DNA from: Octopus sinensis
Taxonomy: Eukaryota
NCBI RefSeq assembly: GCF_006345805.1
Contig: NC_043002.1
Coordinates: 20,026,001 to 20,090,000 of the forward strand
Direction of reading: 5' to 3'
DNA: 64,000 nt
The translations under genes were made by a program, and so were the position numbers. The notes under the pieces were generated by a model, which saw only the letters and a list, made by a program, of their open reading frames with translations, had not been told where the DNA came from and ran no database searches. Shown here piece by piece: positions 31,001-44,500 of this stretch (positions are counted from its first letter, which is position 1; each line of letters opens with the position of its first letter).

Positions 31001-32036
31001 AAAGAGGTCAACACTGCATGTAGAATCCATACTGAGGATTAGAGTGACAAGACCTCGCACCACGGGAAGACACCTCTCACGAGGTAATATTAGACTGGAG
31101 TCAGCATCTACATCATTTGCATCTTTCACAATGCCAAGGCAGCTGTCATCTTTCACCATTTTCCGGAAATGTTCCCCATCAGTTTTGCGAATCTGTAAGA
31201 TAGTGTTGAAATATGGAAACAGAGTGTGGTATTGTTAAATCAACAGTTGCAGTAAACTTTATTTGAATAAAGCATACAAGGTTGACTCAAATACAAAACT
31301 GTTTTAAAACTACATCAGCCATTTCATTTATATCAATGAAACCAAAATAATGCTTGGGAGATCTTTGCTTTTATGCATGTTGAAAAATTAAGACTTGATA
31401 TTTAACTTAATCCTCTAAACCATTTGCCAAATACTATCATGATAGCACAAATTTATTAAAATACTAATGTCCTAGATTTAGTGAAACAATTATTTAAAGA
31501 CTATTAAACTATTTGAAATACAAAACCTCCAAAAGTACTCGTGCTGACACAGAATATTTTAGTGGTAGAAAATTTAAAATTGGTTACCAGTGAACACTTA
31601 GTTCTCTAGTAATTTAGTATCGGTAAGTTTCGGGTTTAAGTATATCAAGCTGATCGTACCAAAGAAATAGATTTCATAATTATTCTTGCTTATTTGCATA
31701 GGTAGCAACTATCAGCTATAACAGTTTTGCTGAAGTAGATGGAATAATGTGCTTCTTTCAACTCATAAAATACTTGGCCTTATTGCTTTTGATAGCAGGA
31801 AAAGCTCAACTAAATCACACAGGAAGTTCCATTTGTATTAGTTCCATCAAAGCAGCATGGAAAAGTTAGCATAAAACTAATTATACACACACACATACAC
31901 CAACTGTGCATTTGTCAGTTATAGAATGGGCACACTTCATCCCTGCAAATTGTAAGAGGTGACAGGAAGGGCTTAAACACTGTCTCAGAAAAGCCAACCA
32001 AGTCGTATCAGCATAGAAAACTATAGACAAATGATG

Positions 32037-32101
<65 letters not shown>

Positions 32102-35100
32102 ATTCTCCCGTTGAAGACAGCATACGAGTGTTCAGATTTTTGCCAAATGACCTGCACAAACGATCTGTTTGTAGTGGCTGCACAACATATATGATAGTTT
32201 GTGTTTTATAAAACCTGAATGTTTCAGCAAATAACAGCTAGTATTACATAATTTCTTGTTTAAACATAATCTTAATTACCTCATCAGGTGATAATTTGCA
32301 TAACAAGAATATATATTTAGCATTTTACTGGTGTAAAATGCTCAATATATATTCCTGTTATGCAAATTATCAACATCACCAATGGTACACCACACCACTG
32401 ATATTATAAAGGCTAAACATTAAATACATTCCTTGTAATATAAAAACAAGGAAATTTCACAGGAAAATATAATGGAAGGTAGCAAATACATACCTTTGAT
32501 GCATACTGGGATATCTTTTTAAATTGCTGCTCGTGTTGTTTAAAGAGGGCCTGAGCTTCTGAGCTGAGACTCTGGGAATATTTCTCTGCCTGTGACGCTA
32601 GGAACTTCTTTTTTGCCTGCTCCAAATCCTGAAGTTTTTGTTTGTGATGGAATATTCTTTTCTGCAGACATCTCCGATAAGACTTCATTGATTGTTTCAC
32701 TTTGCTTTTGTTTGGCTGACCAGACATGTCTCCTTGCAGAAAACTCCAGCGATTTGGAAGGTAAGTACCTGCTCGACATAAATATAGAGCGATGGTAAAA
32801 TGTGATATTTCTTTTAATAGCTTTTCAATAATTTTACCAAAGGTGTCCTATACACACAAAATGACTTTTAAAAAATTTGAATATTTAATTAACAGATGGA
32901 TTCATGAGTAAGTCAATTTTACAAACTTAAACGATGATGATGATGATGAAAATGTTAAATGATTAAGTCATGATGACCAGTTCATCTAGTTATTAACATG
33001 TACAGTACGTGAAAATGTTTCATTATACACATCATGAGCACTGTATAATTGTGAAGTATTGCATTGCCCTGTAATTGACTCACCCTAAGACACTGCCTGA
33101 AGCTAAAGTCTTCAACAGTAGATTACAGTGATTCCAATTACATGTGAATTACTTGGAATTAGTAACTTTACATCTAAATAACTGTTGTTCTTCAAACTAA
33201 ACACTCAATGTATTTTAGCGAAATATGTTCCAGCAACACAGCAAACATTCACTCCCCAGAAGGATTTTAGAAGATTTTTCCTAACATTAGGAAGGATTTG
33301 ATCACAGCACTACCAGCTAATGAAATGTGTTAATCATTCAGTGCTGCTCCTGATTATAACAGCCAGCTAGATCAACTGTAGTTCTCACTGAGAGATAAGA
33401 AGACTGAGCTGCCAGTTAAATGCCACTTCACAATATATGGTAGATTACTGGAGACAAGATATCAAACACTTTGAAGGTCAATTATTCACTCACTACTAAA
33501 GTGATACAATTAACAGGGTTTGTGTGTTTCAGCAAATTTAAACACTGTCCTTGCTTGTGGAACCAAATAGGAAATATATAGGCATGAAGAATTATGAACC
33601 ATAATTCAAAATGCAATGTCAACATCTATTCCTTTCTTAAAAGCTGACTTTATAATTGGAAAAAGTGTTTGACAATGTTTTACCAGCTCAAACTTATTCT
33701 CACAATGATTATTACACTCAACATTTAACAATAAAAACTTTGCAATTTTTAAAACAAAACTGAACAAACAATTCAAATATGCACATACAAAGAGAGCCAG
33801 ACATTAAATTTAGTTATTGTGCTCAGTATTGCAGTTATCACAATAGCAACAGATTACCTACCATTGTCCTTATCTTTGCGAGCATTTTTGTCATCATCTC
33901 CATTGCCACCATTCTGCATCGTGTGGTCGAGGTTGCGACAGAGAAACAACAGGATCCATCCAACGAGAGTCAAATCAACGCTGCCTACAAGAGAACAACT
34001 TTGGTAATTAGGTACAGTCCTTGCCTGAAGGTAGTGGTGGTGGTGGTAATTGATGCAGATGGGAATGATAACTGATAATTGGTCATATGATAAATATAAT
34101 GATGGACAGTAATAGGACACAGGGACTGAATGTTGAAGGTTTTTGGAGGATGAGGAGGAAAGAGTTTAGTAAAATCCATTGGAGCTGAAACTCTGAATAC
34201 AAAGTAGATAACGGTACTAGTATGGAAGTATTGCATATAGGTAGTAGTGAAAATACTTGTACTGACATGGAAGGTAACTGTTGGAGAGGAAGACTCATGA
34301 AGACAAAGTTAGGTGAGATAAGAGAGAGGGTGAGATGACACAGGACTGAAAAATGCCATATTGCAGACGTGTGCAACCAATGCCTGACAAGACATTAGAG
34401 ATGAAGAAACCTTAACATTAAGTTCACAGGTGAATTAAGAAGTAATTTACATCTCTATGTAAACACCTTGATGTGTTTCAGAGATACATTTCAGAGCTAT
34501 AGAAGAATTATTTTACACCAGCTCCATGTCAAACCGTCTAACCAATGCCAGCATGGAGAGTAGATGTTAAACAATGATAATGATGAGAAACAAAACAGGA
34601 ATTAAAAGTCAAAAGGCTTCATTATATTTAAGATATCATCAGGGAAAAGGTCAATACATATTATTTTTGCAAGCCCTCTGGAAACTAGTGTGATCAATAG
34701 GATTTATGTTAATATCTGCTGAAAATACACGAGCAGAGGGCTCACTGGAAAAAAGGAATGGGCAAAAAAGGGAATTTAGTGTAAGTTATTACAATAATCA
34801 TTTAAATTTCCTACATTATATATTGAAATACTTCAACAAAAATATGTATTCTAAGGTAAACCAAGACAAAGGAAATGGATTTATGCATTAGGACACTAGA
34901 AGACAACTGAGGATTGGATAGATTAAACCAGCATTAAACATACACAAATAAAGGATGAATTTAATAGTCTAGAAATTTAATTATGACATGTCATTGGTCA
35001 GGGAAAATTTTTGAAGGAAGCAATAAAAATAATTGGCAACAAAATGCAAACCACTATTCCAGACGGTCTGACTCCAGAAAGTCAATTTGAAATGAAAAGC

Positions 35101-38100
35101 ATTTAATCAGTAACTAAATCATAAACATCCATTTCTTATAGTAGGACTAGCTGCGACTAGACCTTCACCACACCTAGTTTAAAAACTAAATATTTGTTGC
35201 AAAAAGATGGAAGTGATTACACCATGTCGTAGAACCTTGTTTGGAGCAACAAAAAACAGTCATTTTAATGTGAAGTCTTCCTTGAAAATTTAACAAAGCT
35301 TGTGATAAAATGAAATAAAAAGTTTAAGGAACTAACCTGTTGGCATTCTGGTGACACCCATAGGATTTGGCATCAATGGTGCCACAGCATGAACAAGCAT
35401 TCCAAGAAGACTCTCTAAAATATTCACAGCCATGGGGCCCATTAAAGACTTCTGACCAAGAGCTGTTAACAAAACAAACACCCTGAAAAAAGAAAGTAAG
35501 ATGTTTCACATTGGCAGAAAAAAAAAAGGTAAAAGACAAGCAGACATTATTTCTAACAGACACAAAAAAAATTTGGAGAAAGGGCTACAATCAATTATAG
35601 CAAGCCGGTGCTGGAAGTATGAGAGGCAAAAATGAATTTGGCAGGGTTTAAACACAAAACAGAAAGGGGTGTAACTAAATCCCACAAAACATTTTGTTTG
35701 GCACCAATTCTGCCACTCACTGCCTTCGCAAATAATAATGATATTCATCATTTCTAATACAGGAGGGACAAACCACTCTTTGAGAGAGGAGACTGGATTA
35801 AATTGACCCATGTACTTATTTAATCAACTCCCCCAAAAAAATGAAAGGTAAAGTTCATGTTGGTAGGACATGAAATGAATATGATTGGATATAATTATGA
35901 TGATCATCATCATTTAGCATCCGTTGTCCATGCTGGCATGGGTTGGATGGTTTGACCAGGGCTGGCAAACTGAAAGGTTGCACCAGACTCCAGACTGATT
36001 TGGCATGGTTTCTACAGATGGATGCCCTTCCTAACAACAACCATTCCAAGAGTGTACAGTTCACCTTCAAAGTCTCCAACAAAATTATAATCTATTATAC
36101 TCTAATAAAAAAAAATCTTGTATTCATTAGAGCCCTCCTTGTTATTCAATGACGTAATCAGAAAAAAAAAAAGTAAAGCAATATTAATTGAAAAGTTAAT
36201 AAAATTAAGTGTGGTAAAACACACATAAAATTATGATGATGCACATGATCCATAATTGAATCTATTTTATATCATTATTAAAATCTACCAAGTGAAATTG
36301 CGTTGGTAACCTTCAAGGTTTTCCAACCATAGTTTGTCCAGCAAATGACATACATAACTTAATATCCAAATAACTTATTAAAAAGGGATTTTGAGCAAGA
36401 CAAAGAAATGAATTTTGTTAATCATTGATAAAAGAAAAACTGCACTTCGTAACTTGAATAGTCTCTGAGGTAGCAGATGAGCAGATTTTAAAGTAATCAA
36501 ACAAGCAAAAACTGGCAAGCTAATATTTTGATGGCAGTATATTTTGCATAATAGTAAAAGTGTCCAACTAACAATAATAAGAGTTGTTGCTTATATTCTA
36601 TACTCAAAGAATAAGACCTACCCCTCCACCTACCCAACAAACAAATCATCTTTGTTGCAGGAAGAGAGAAAAAAAATTTATTTAATGCATACCGATCCTG
36701 AGGAAAAACTTGTTTATATTCAGAATGAAAGAATCTCTGTAAAATGTTGCCCAAGAACTTGCCCCACCATGGCTGGGTACCACAGACACGGACCAACAGC
36801 ATCCCAGTCAAGATTTGGATACGTTTGGTACCAGAGATACACATGTGTCGGAACAGTGCTTCACAGGTTGGTGGGCTGAGACTGGTCAGAAGAGAAACAG
36901 AGAGTTGTGGGGCAGCAGAGGATCCATTTGTCGTGCTAATTAGTGTCTCTAACAGACATTCCAGAAGGAAGCGAAGCTTATCGGTCGATGCTTTCTTTAA
37001 CTGTTCATTCAAATCTGTACACTCAGAATCTACAAGGAAAAACAAAACACAATAAGTCACAATTTGATAATTTCAAGTGTTCGTACATTTCTCAAGTTCA
37101 TTTGTAACATAAGTGTTAAAATAAGGGCTGACTGAATCTATGGAGTATCAAAATACAGGCCAGTGTCAATTGGAACCAAATCCAAAAATCAAGATACCTA
37201 ATATGAACTGGCTCAGTTCACTTATTTGTAATTAATTACCACATATTAAAATAGCTCTGTTGTAAGGAGGAAAAAGAACACTGTATAATTAGCATTTTGT
37301 TAGCCTTCATTACTATATTCAAGCCATCCTATAAAACAGCAACAGGAAGTTAGCATTGGATCAGAGTCCCTAAACATCAATGTTACCACTGAACAGTGGT
37401 CCTAGTTCTGGCTGTAATTTAAATATAACAGATGATATGTAACAGCCCATCCATCCTAAGTTGAAATTATCATGCATTTCGTCTCTGAAGTAAATACAAA
37501 ACGTTTATTTTACCTATTGCACCATCGAATCAATTCAGTCAAATACAACATTCCCCTATAAATCCCTAGGTCAAAAAAATTGGATCTTTTCAGTTTGAAC
37601 GGCAGTTTTTAACATAATTTCTAGGTAACTAAAAAATTTTAAACTTCGTATACTGGTAGAATGTGTTTATAAAACATCTTTTTCTCTTGGCTTTATTGAG
37701 AAAATTCTATAGTTTCTAAGATATTTATTGTTTTTTTTTCTTCAATTTCTGCAATTTCAACCAATCGATGACGTCCATTGAGTTAAAAAGTGTTCTGTGC
37801 CGGATGAATATGTCCCTCGTTTAAGAAACAGATTGGGTTTATTTACATTTGTGAAGAAAAAAAGATACCCTTCCCCACCCCTAACCAACCCTAACCCTAA
37901 AAGAAATTGAAACGCAATAGATCGATTCTAGGGTCATAATTATGGGTGACAATTTCATATGACACTGCTAGAAAAAACTGCAGTTCAAACCGAAAAGAGC
38001 CAAAAAATTGATAAAAATTAAATCTAATGGTTACCCTTTTTAATAACAGAGAGGCCAAGACCACGCTGCAGTCTGTCGATAGCATGGTGGCATAGATTCA

Positions 38101-41100
38101 GCTGTAGTTGTAGTTGCAAGCAATCATTATAGATGCAAGTGATTTTGTCATCGACATTTTTCTTGGGATTCTTTTGCAGATAGCACTGGACATGGTCACT
38201 TGCTGACTGGGATGCAAGTAGAGAGGTTAGCAATGTATCAAGCTGAGTTTTTGTCAAGCTGTAACGACACTGGATGTCTTCGAGCAACGAAAGAAACAAG
38301 CCAAGCTGTGAGAGTATCATCTGCTGCTGCTGTTGATGCTCCTGTCCTGAGGAAGGGGTTGCTGTTGATGAGGATGCCTGATTGCTGCCAGACACTCCGC
38401 CATGGTGTTCAAGATAGCTGTTCCACTCCCATGGAAAGATGAAGCTGTGTCCATAGAAAGAACCAACAGGAATCTTTGATCTTGTTGCACTGCCTCCATA
38501 TCGACCAATCGTGGTTATCTGAGGAAATGCAGAAAAATAAAGACATATATATAGAAATTATTTCTGATAGCTCCAGAATAAGAAACATGTTGACTGTCAC
38601 ATACAGCATTTTACATTCATTATTTCATACTAACATTTCCACAAGTATCAATATATTTACAAATTATCAGGCAACAGTTTTCATAGCTATTATAGAACTA
38701 ACATATTTTATACTTTTATAAGATGGCCATTATGACATTATTGCAAAAATAAAGAAATTGCAGAATCATAGGTTTATCTAGGAAATCTTTTAACATCAAT
38801 GACTTTTCCTCTATTATAATGAAGATTAATTGCTGCAGTGCTCATACAATTTTAGTCTCTCTAAAACTGAGGGGATAATTGGGATGACGTGTTCAGTTTG
38901 AATTCTTCCCAGTTGAATGGTCAAGGGAAAACATTAGCCAGAATGGAATTTGAGTAAGAAGTTGTTCAGAAAAGAAAGACTTAGGTCGATGTTTAACACA
39001 TGGTTTGGAAGATAAGTTAGAAATTGGAAGTTAAGGAGGAGAGATAAGTAGAACAAATTTCAGGAAGATTTAGTATGTAATATAATAATTTATATTCAAG
39101 TGATTAAAAGCATAAAGTGCATCCAGCTGTAAAAATGGTTACTCTAACAAATCACCATCCTACCATGTTAATATAGAAAAGCAGATGTAATATAGTGAAA
39201 AAGTAATGAAATGACGCCATAAATAGTAAAGACAATTACCTTGAGGTAACGACAAATTGGAGGTGGCATGATGTTGTTCATGATAAGTGATCGGATGCCA
39301 ATATCAGAGGCTATCACCAACCTCTGACCATCAGTTTCTTCACTCTGCACCCATACATCTATTGATAGTGATGCCAGATCAGCACAAGCAGGAATGATCA
39401 CATCGGTCAGCAGAACAGGTTTGCCGAGATCCAAAATGACAAAGCGCCGTGCACCTGTTACAAAAGAAATTCAAACATCACACATTTATCACCTGGGTAG
39501 TTTCTTCTGCAGTCACTTTCACAATGTTCTCCAATGCACTTAAAACCAACCAGTGGCCCACCATTTTAACACACCTGGCCACACCATTGAATGTATTCTT
39601 TCTAAAATTATTTATATGACTATTTGTACTTGTGTCAGATGAAAACAAAGAAAGAAGTCAAGATGTTAGACCTCAAAATGCTGAAACACTTCACAACTCA
39701 GACAATAACTCGAGCAGTCACGAATATACTGAACAGCTGAGCTTGCCCAACTCATGCTATCAAGGAACGTTGGTTATTTGATGTAACAACACTGTCGATG
39801 AATCGTGAAATGATTTATATAAAAGCAACACACAAAAGACAAGCTAGATAAAGAAAACAAAAACAAAACCAAAAATTACCTGAATGCATCCTTTCTACAA
39901 CAAGGACTTGAGGAGAAGGAGGCTGCAACAGGTGTGGTAGTACCATCTGGACCCGTTGTTTGTTGTCAGATTTTTCAGTGTTTTGATTCTGAAAATTCAA
40001 CAGAACAAAACATTAGGGGATGTAATGAAATGGATTCAGGAAATACAGAAAAGATTTCATTATTGGAAAATTAGAATCTGGCATTGCAAACTAAACAAAT
40101 TATTGACAGAATGTTAAAATGTTTTGAGGTGTTTAGCTGTGTGCCATCACGATAAAAGAAACAGCAGTTCAGAAATTTAGAATATATAAATAAAGTAAAC
40201 ATAACTAACTTACTTTATCTCCCAGGAGAGAAGGCACTTTCACATAAAGTGGTCCGTTGTCACTTGGGACACCAGCCGATAAATATGGAGGGCCTGTGGC
40301 TGGCCAGTTTTCATTGGGTGGAGACAAAGGAGGTGTCATAAATAAGGGAGTGGTTTTTGGATTTTGGGCCTGCTGCTTGAAAGCTTGATCACTGGAGTTG
40401 TTTGCAGCAGGTTTGACCGTTTTCAGTACTGTGCTGAGCAGCTGCTTGATAGATTCAACATCCTTCTTAGACTGTTGCACTTTAGTTGCCAGTTGCTGCA
40501 CTTGTTGCTCAGCCATTGCAAGAGAGGAAGGCAGTGATGCCATAGTGGCCCCTGTTGTAGCTACGTTTGACAAACTCTCACCAAAGTTCACGGTACCAGA
40601 CAAGCCAGAAGAACCAACAATAGGTATGCTGCTAGAGCCTGATGGACCAGAGTCGAGTCTTTCCATTTTGGTCGAGTCACTTGTAGCGTGACATGTGAAG
40701 TGCAGTGGTTCAACTTCAAGAAGGCCAAGAATGTTGTGCCGAAGGTACTCAGATGGGAACTTATCACACTGTTTGTCAGATAACTGGTTGAATAAATCAT
40801 AATAGTCCATCTCATCTTGCTGTGGAGGAGGTTGAAAGCTCTGTGCTGCAGGAGTATTTGTTGCAGCAGCACTTGTATATGTATATGGTGATGATGACTG
40901 TCGCAAACTGTTAGCAGGGTAGATGTCAAAAAGATCTGGATCGAATGGATGTCCCTGCAGTCCATACCTACAAGTAAACACAGTTTAATTATAATGGGAA
41001 TATGATAATGACTTCACCTAAACTACTACAGCTTTATTGTCACAGGGAATGAAATAGTCTAAAAATTAAATGATTGGGCCGCCTTTAACTTATAAACACA

Positions 41101-41521
41101 CAAAGTAAATATAAAACATTTCAAGTGATGTAAAGCCAGAAGTGCAGTAATTATTTGTTGAAACTAAACAGACATCTGTTGTAACTCGGAAAAAAAAAGA
41201 ATGAATTCTAATTATGTTTTCAATTCCTTTATGATTGACAATACCCTCACCTACAAAATACTACTTTACTACATCTCCCCACATCTCTATCACTTGAAGC
41301 TATATATATATAGCATTCGCCATGATAGATCGTTAGCCACTACACATTATTTTCTCTCCTTGTTTCTTTCTGCGGAAGAGCATAGGCTCGAAACAAAGAC
41401 TTTTTCACTTCCCAAGCGTTATACTAATACATCTGTTTGTTGTCTACACCACCTGTCTTTGTCTTTTGCTTTTTTGTGAATTCTCCCTATATATATATAT
41501 AATATATATATATATATATCT

Positions 41522-41585
<64 letters not shown>

Positions 41586-44500
41586 AAGTTTTCACCACAA
41601 CTGTCCAACAAACAGGAACATGAAACTAGGTAATAGTTTTGTGATAATTTTGCAGCTTTAATAAAAGCATATTACTCTACCTTTGGTATTTGAGTACTAT
41701 TTTTCCCACCTTGTTTTGCACTTATGTGCTCACCTCTGCATGTGTGTGTATATATGTATACACACAATATTTAATCCATATTTGTTAGTCCAAAAAATAC
41801 ACTTTGTTAGATAAACAATTATGGATTAACTATTTTATTCACTCTCAGACTTTTGAGTACTTTATTATAAGTGGCCAGACATGACTTCATTTGAACTTGT
41901 CACTTCCTGGAATGAATATACACACACACATTCAAGTACATTTAGACGTGTACATAAATACATGCACTCACACATAATCACACTGAACATTAAATCAGTA
42001 ATTATTATTTCTAGTTAAATATAACAGCATGTGTTTAATATTGTCAATAAAACTACTATACAGCAGCTGCTTGAAAAATTTATCAAGTATTAGGAGAATA
42101 GTCAGGCTATAAGTTGATACAGAAATGTCTTAACTATGACCCGGCATCTATTTACAAATGTCAGTGGCATAATGAATAAATAGGTTTTATTATTATTATT
42201 AGTTTAGGATCAAAATTTCCTGGTTTTGAAAAATCTCTTTATTCCAAACCAGGAACATGTTGATAACAATCAGGTCAAATCAATAGATGTAAATATGAAA
42301 AAAAATTTTTTTTAAAAAAACAAAACATTTCAACTCTAACAATGAGGTCAGTAGTTCAAAAAGTTATAATCTTAAATCAAACCACACCAATGAAAAACCA
42401 ATGAAAGAAATGTATTGAATCTAGCAATAGAAAACTGGTTGATATTACAACATGAAACTGTAGAGTTCATGTATGTTATAGAAATATATGTAAATATATG
42501 GGTAGGCATTTGTGTTATCTTGTGTGTACATAACACACACATATATATGGTTGTGTGTTTGCGTTATCTTGCATGTCTATATGTGAGTGCATGTTTATTT
42601 TAATATGTTTGTGTATGCATACACTTCAAAGATTACTATAAATATATATGTAAAAAGTATTAGGAGTAAATACTGAAAGAAAGAAAAGAAGTGCTTACCG
42701 AGCTTTTAGCAGTGAATGCAAAGGTATATCTCTGTTGTAATAGCACTTGGCTACTTTTGTAAGCATACTGACACATTTCTCAGCCACAAGTGAATCATTC
42801 ATTTGCTTCACTATGTTGAGCAGTGTGAAGAACCAACGCAGTGCCCCAGCTGAGTAGCCTGATGGTAAGAGAGGAAGGCACTCGAGTAAAGCCTGCAGTA
42901 AACTGTAGCTGAATGATGGGGTGACATCAGGATCAGGACTGCTTTTGCATAATCTGAAAGAAAGATGTGAGAAAAAAACATTATAAATTTGGGGAGATGT
43001 AGTAAAGTAGTATTTGTAGGTGAGGGTATTGTCAATCATAAAACGTGAGAAAAAACATTATAAATTTGGATATAACACCTAGTTAATAACAAGGAATATT
43101 AAGTATACTTAAAAGCTTAGAGTTTCTTCATCTTTGATACATTACACATCTACATCCATACTGATAATGGTTGAATAAATCATAATCCAAGCCAGATCAT
43201 ATTTGATGCTACTGCCCTTCTGATACGCCAGAATCTATGCCTCGTTCATATATTCCATTCTGGTATAGTTTCTACAGGAAGATGCCCTTCCCGATATCAA
43301 CTGTTTTACAGTGTAGAAGGGTGTACTGTATCATACCACCAGTACAAAGAGTCACATTTTCAGAAAGATTAAAAAATTCTGTCAATCCTAAGTTGTCTCT
43401 ATTCAACTGCCAGACACTTCACAAGATGTATTGAGTGCATTTTATTGTGCTTCCAGCACTAGATAGATTGCAAGATTGAAGAGCGTTCACTATTTTAAGT
43501 CATCTCTGTTTATTCAAGACAGCAAGACCAAGAAAGGTTGAATAGAATAATGAGTAATGACAAACAAATGAGGGTGAGTGGGTGAAAGAGACTAGTGGGA
43601 GAAACAGTGATAGGAAGAAGAAAAGGGTGAAAGCGTAATTTACAGACTTTTTAATTGTTTTATTACCATTTATTTTATCTTTCAGTCAATAAAATAATTA
43701 GTTCAACGTATTTATAGTACTATGCTAACACATTTGGCAAAGAGACTTGGCATTCCTGAACCATATCCTCATATTCCAACAGAAAGCAAATCTTTTACAT
43801 CGAGGTCCCAACTGGAATCATGGAGGATTGGTTAGAATAAACAGTTTATTTGCTGTGGAAGTAGCACCAGATAATCTAAAAATTCATTCTTTAGATCAAC
43901 AGTTATGTCAGTGTAATCTCTTCTGTTGAGCCCAGAACATACCTCCTTCTCTTCAATAGGAAACTTCCATTGACAGCATTTTTTCACCCAATACTTATCA
44001 CATTGTCAGTTGAACTGTGTTCACACACACACACCAGAAGAATCAACAGCAATGCAGGTTGCCCGAAACATTTTTCCCAACTTAATCATTGTTACAGGAT
44101 TAAAATACTTACAAGATCTAGAGCTTAGTTTCACTTTCATGATGTGAAATAGAGCAGTAGTAGTCTATACCCAGTAGCATTCCCATTAGTGAAAAATTAG
44201 TGAAGGCACACGGTCTAGTGGTTAGGGGGTTGCTCTCACAATCACAAGATCATGATTTCAATTTCCAGGCCAGCTGTGCATTATGTTCTTGAGCAAAACA
44301 CTACATTTCATGTTGCTTCAGCCCACTCAGTTATAAATGAGTAACCTTGTGATGGATTAGCATACAAGGGTGAGTTGGTAACTCAAGAAAATTGCCAGAA
44401 CAGAGGTCTTGCAAGCCACATTTTTTATTAAGCAATCAAAAGGATGAATAGTACAACCTGTACTGTGAATGCCAATTTGTTGGGATTGGTTGTTCAACCA

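Noticed and set aside
43730-44100. Coding-looking intronic stretch (ILIFQQ...; CDKYWVKKCCQWKF)
   Set aside because: Stops in the frames I read, not needed for BIRC6 phase continuity; possibly an old transposon relic, but I cannot identify it.
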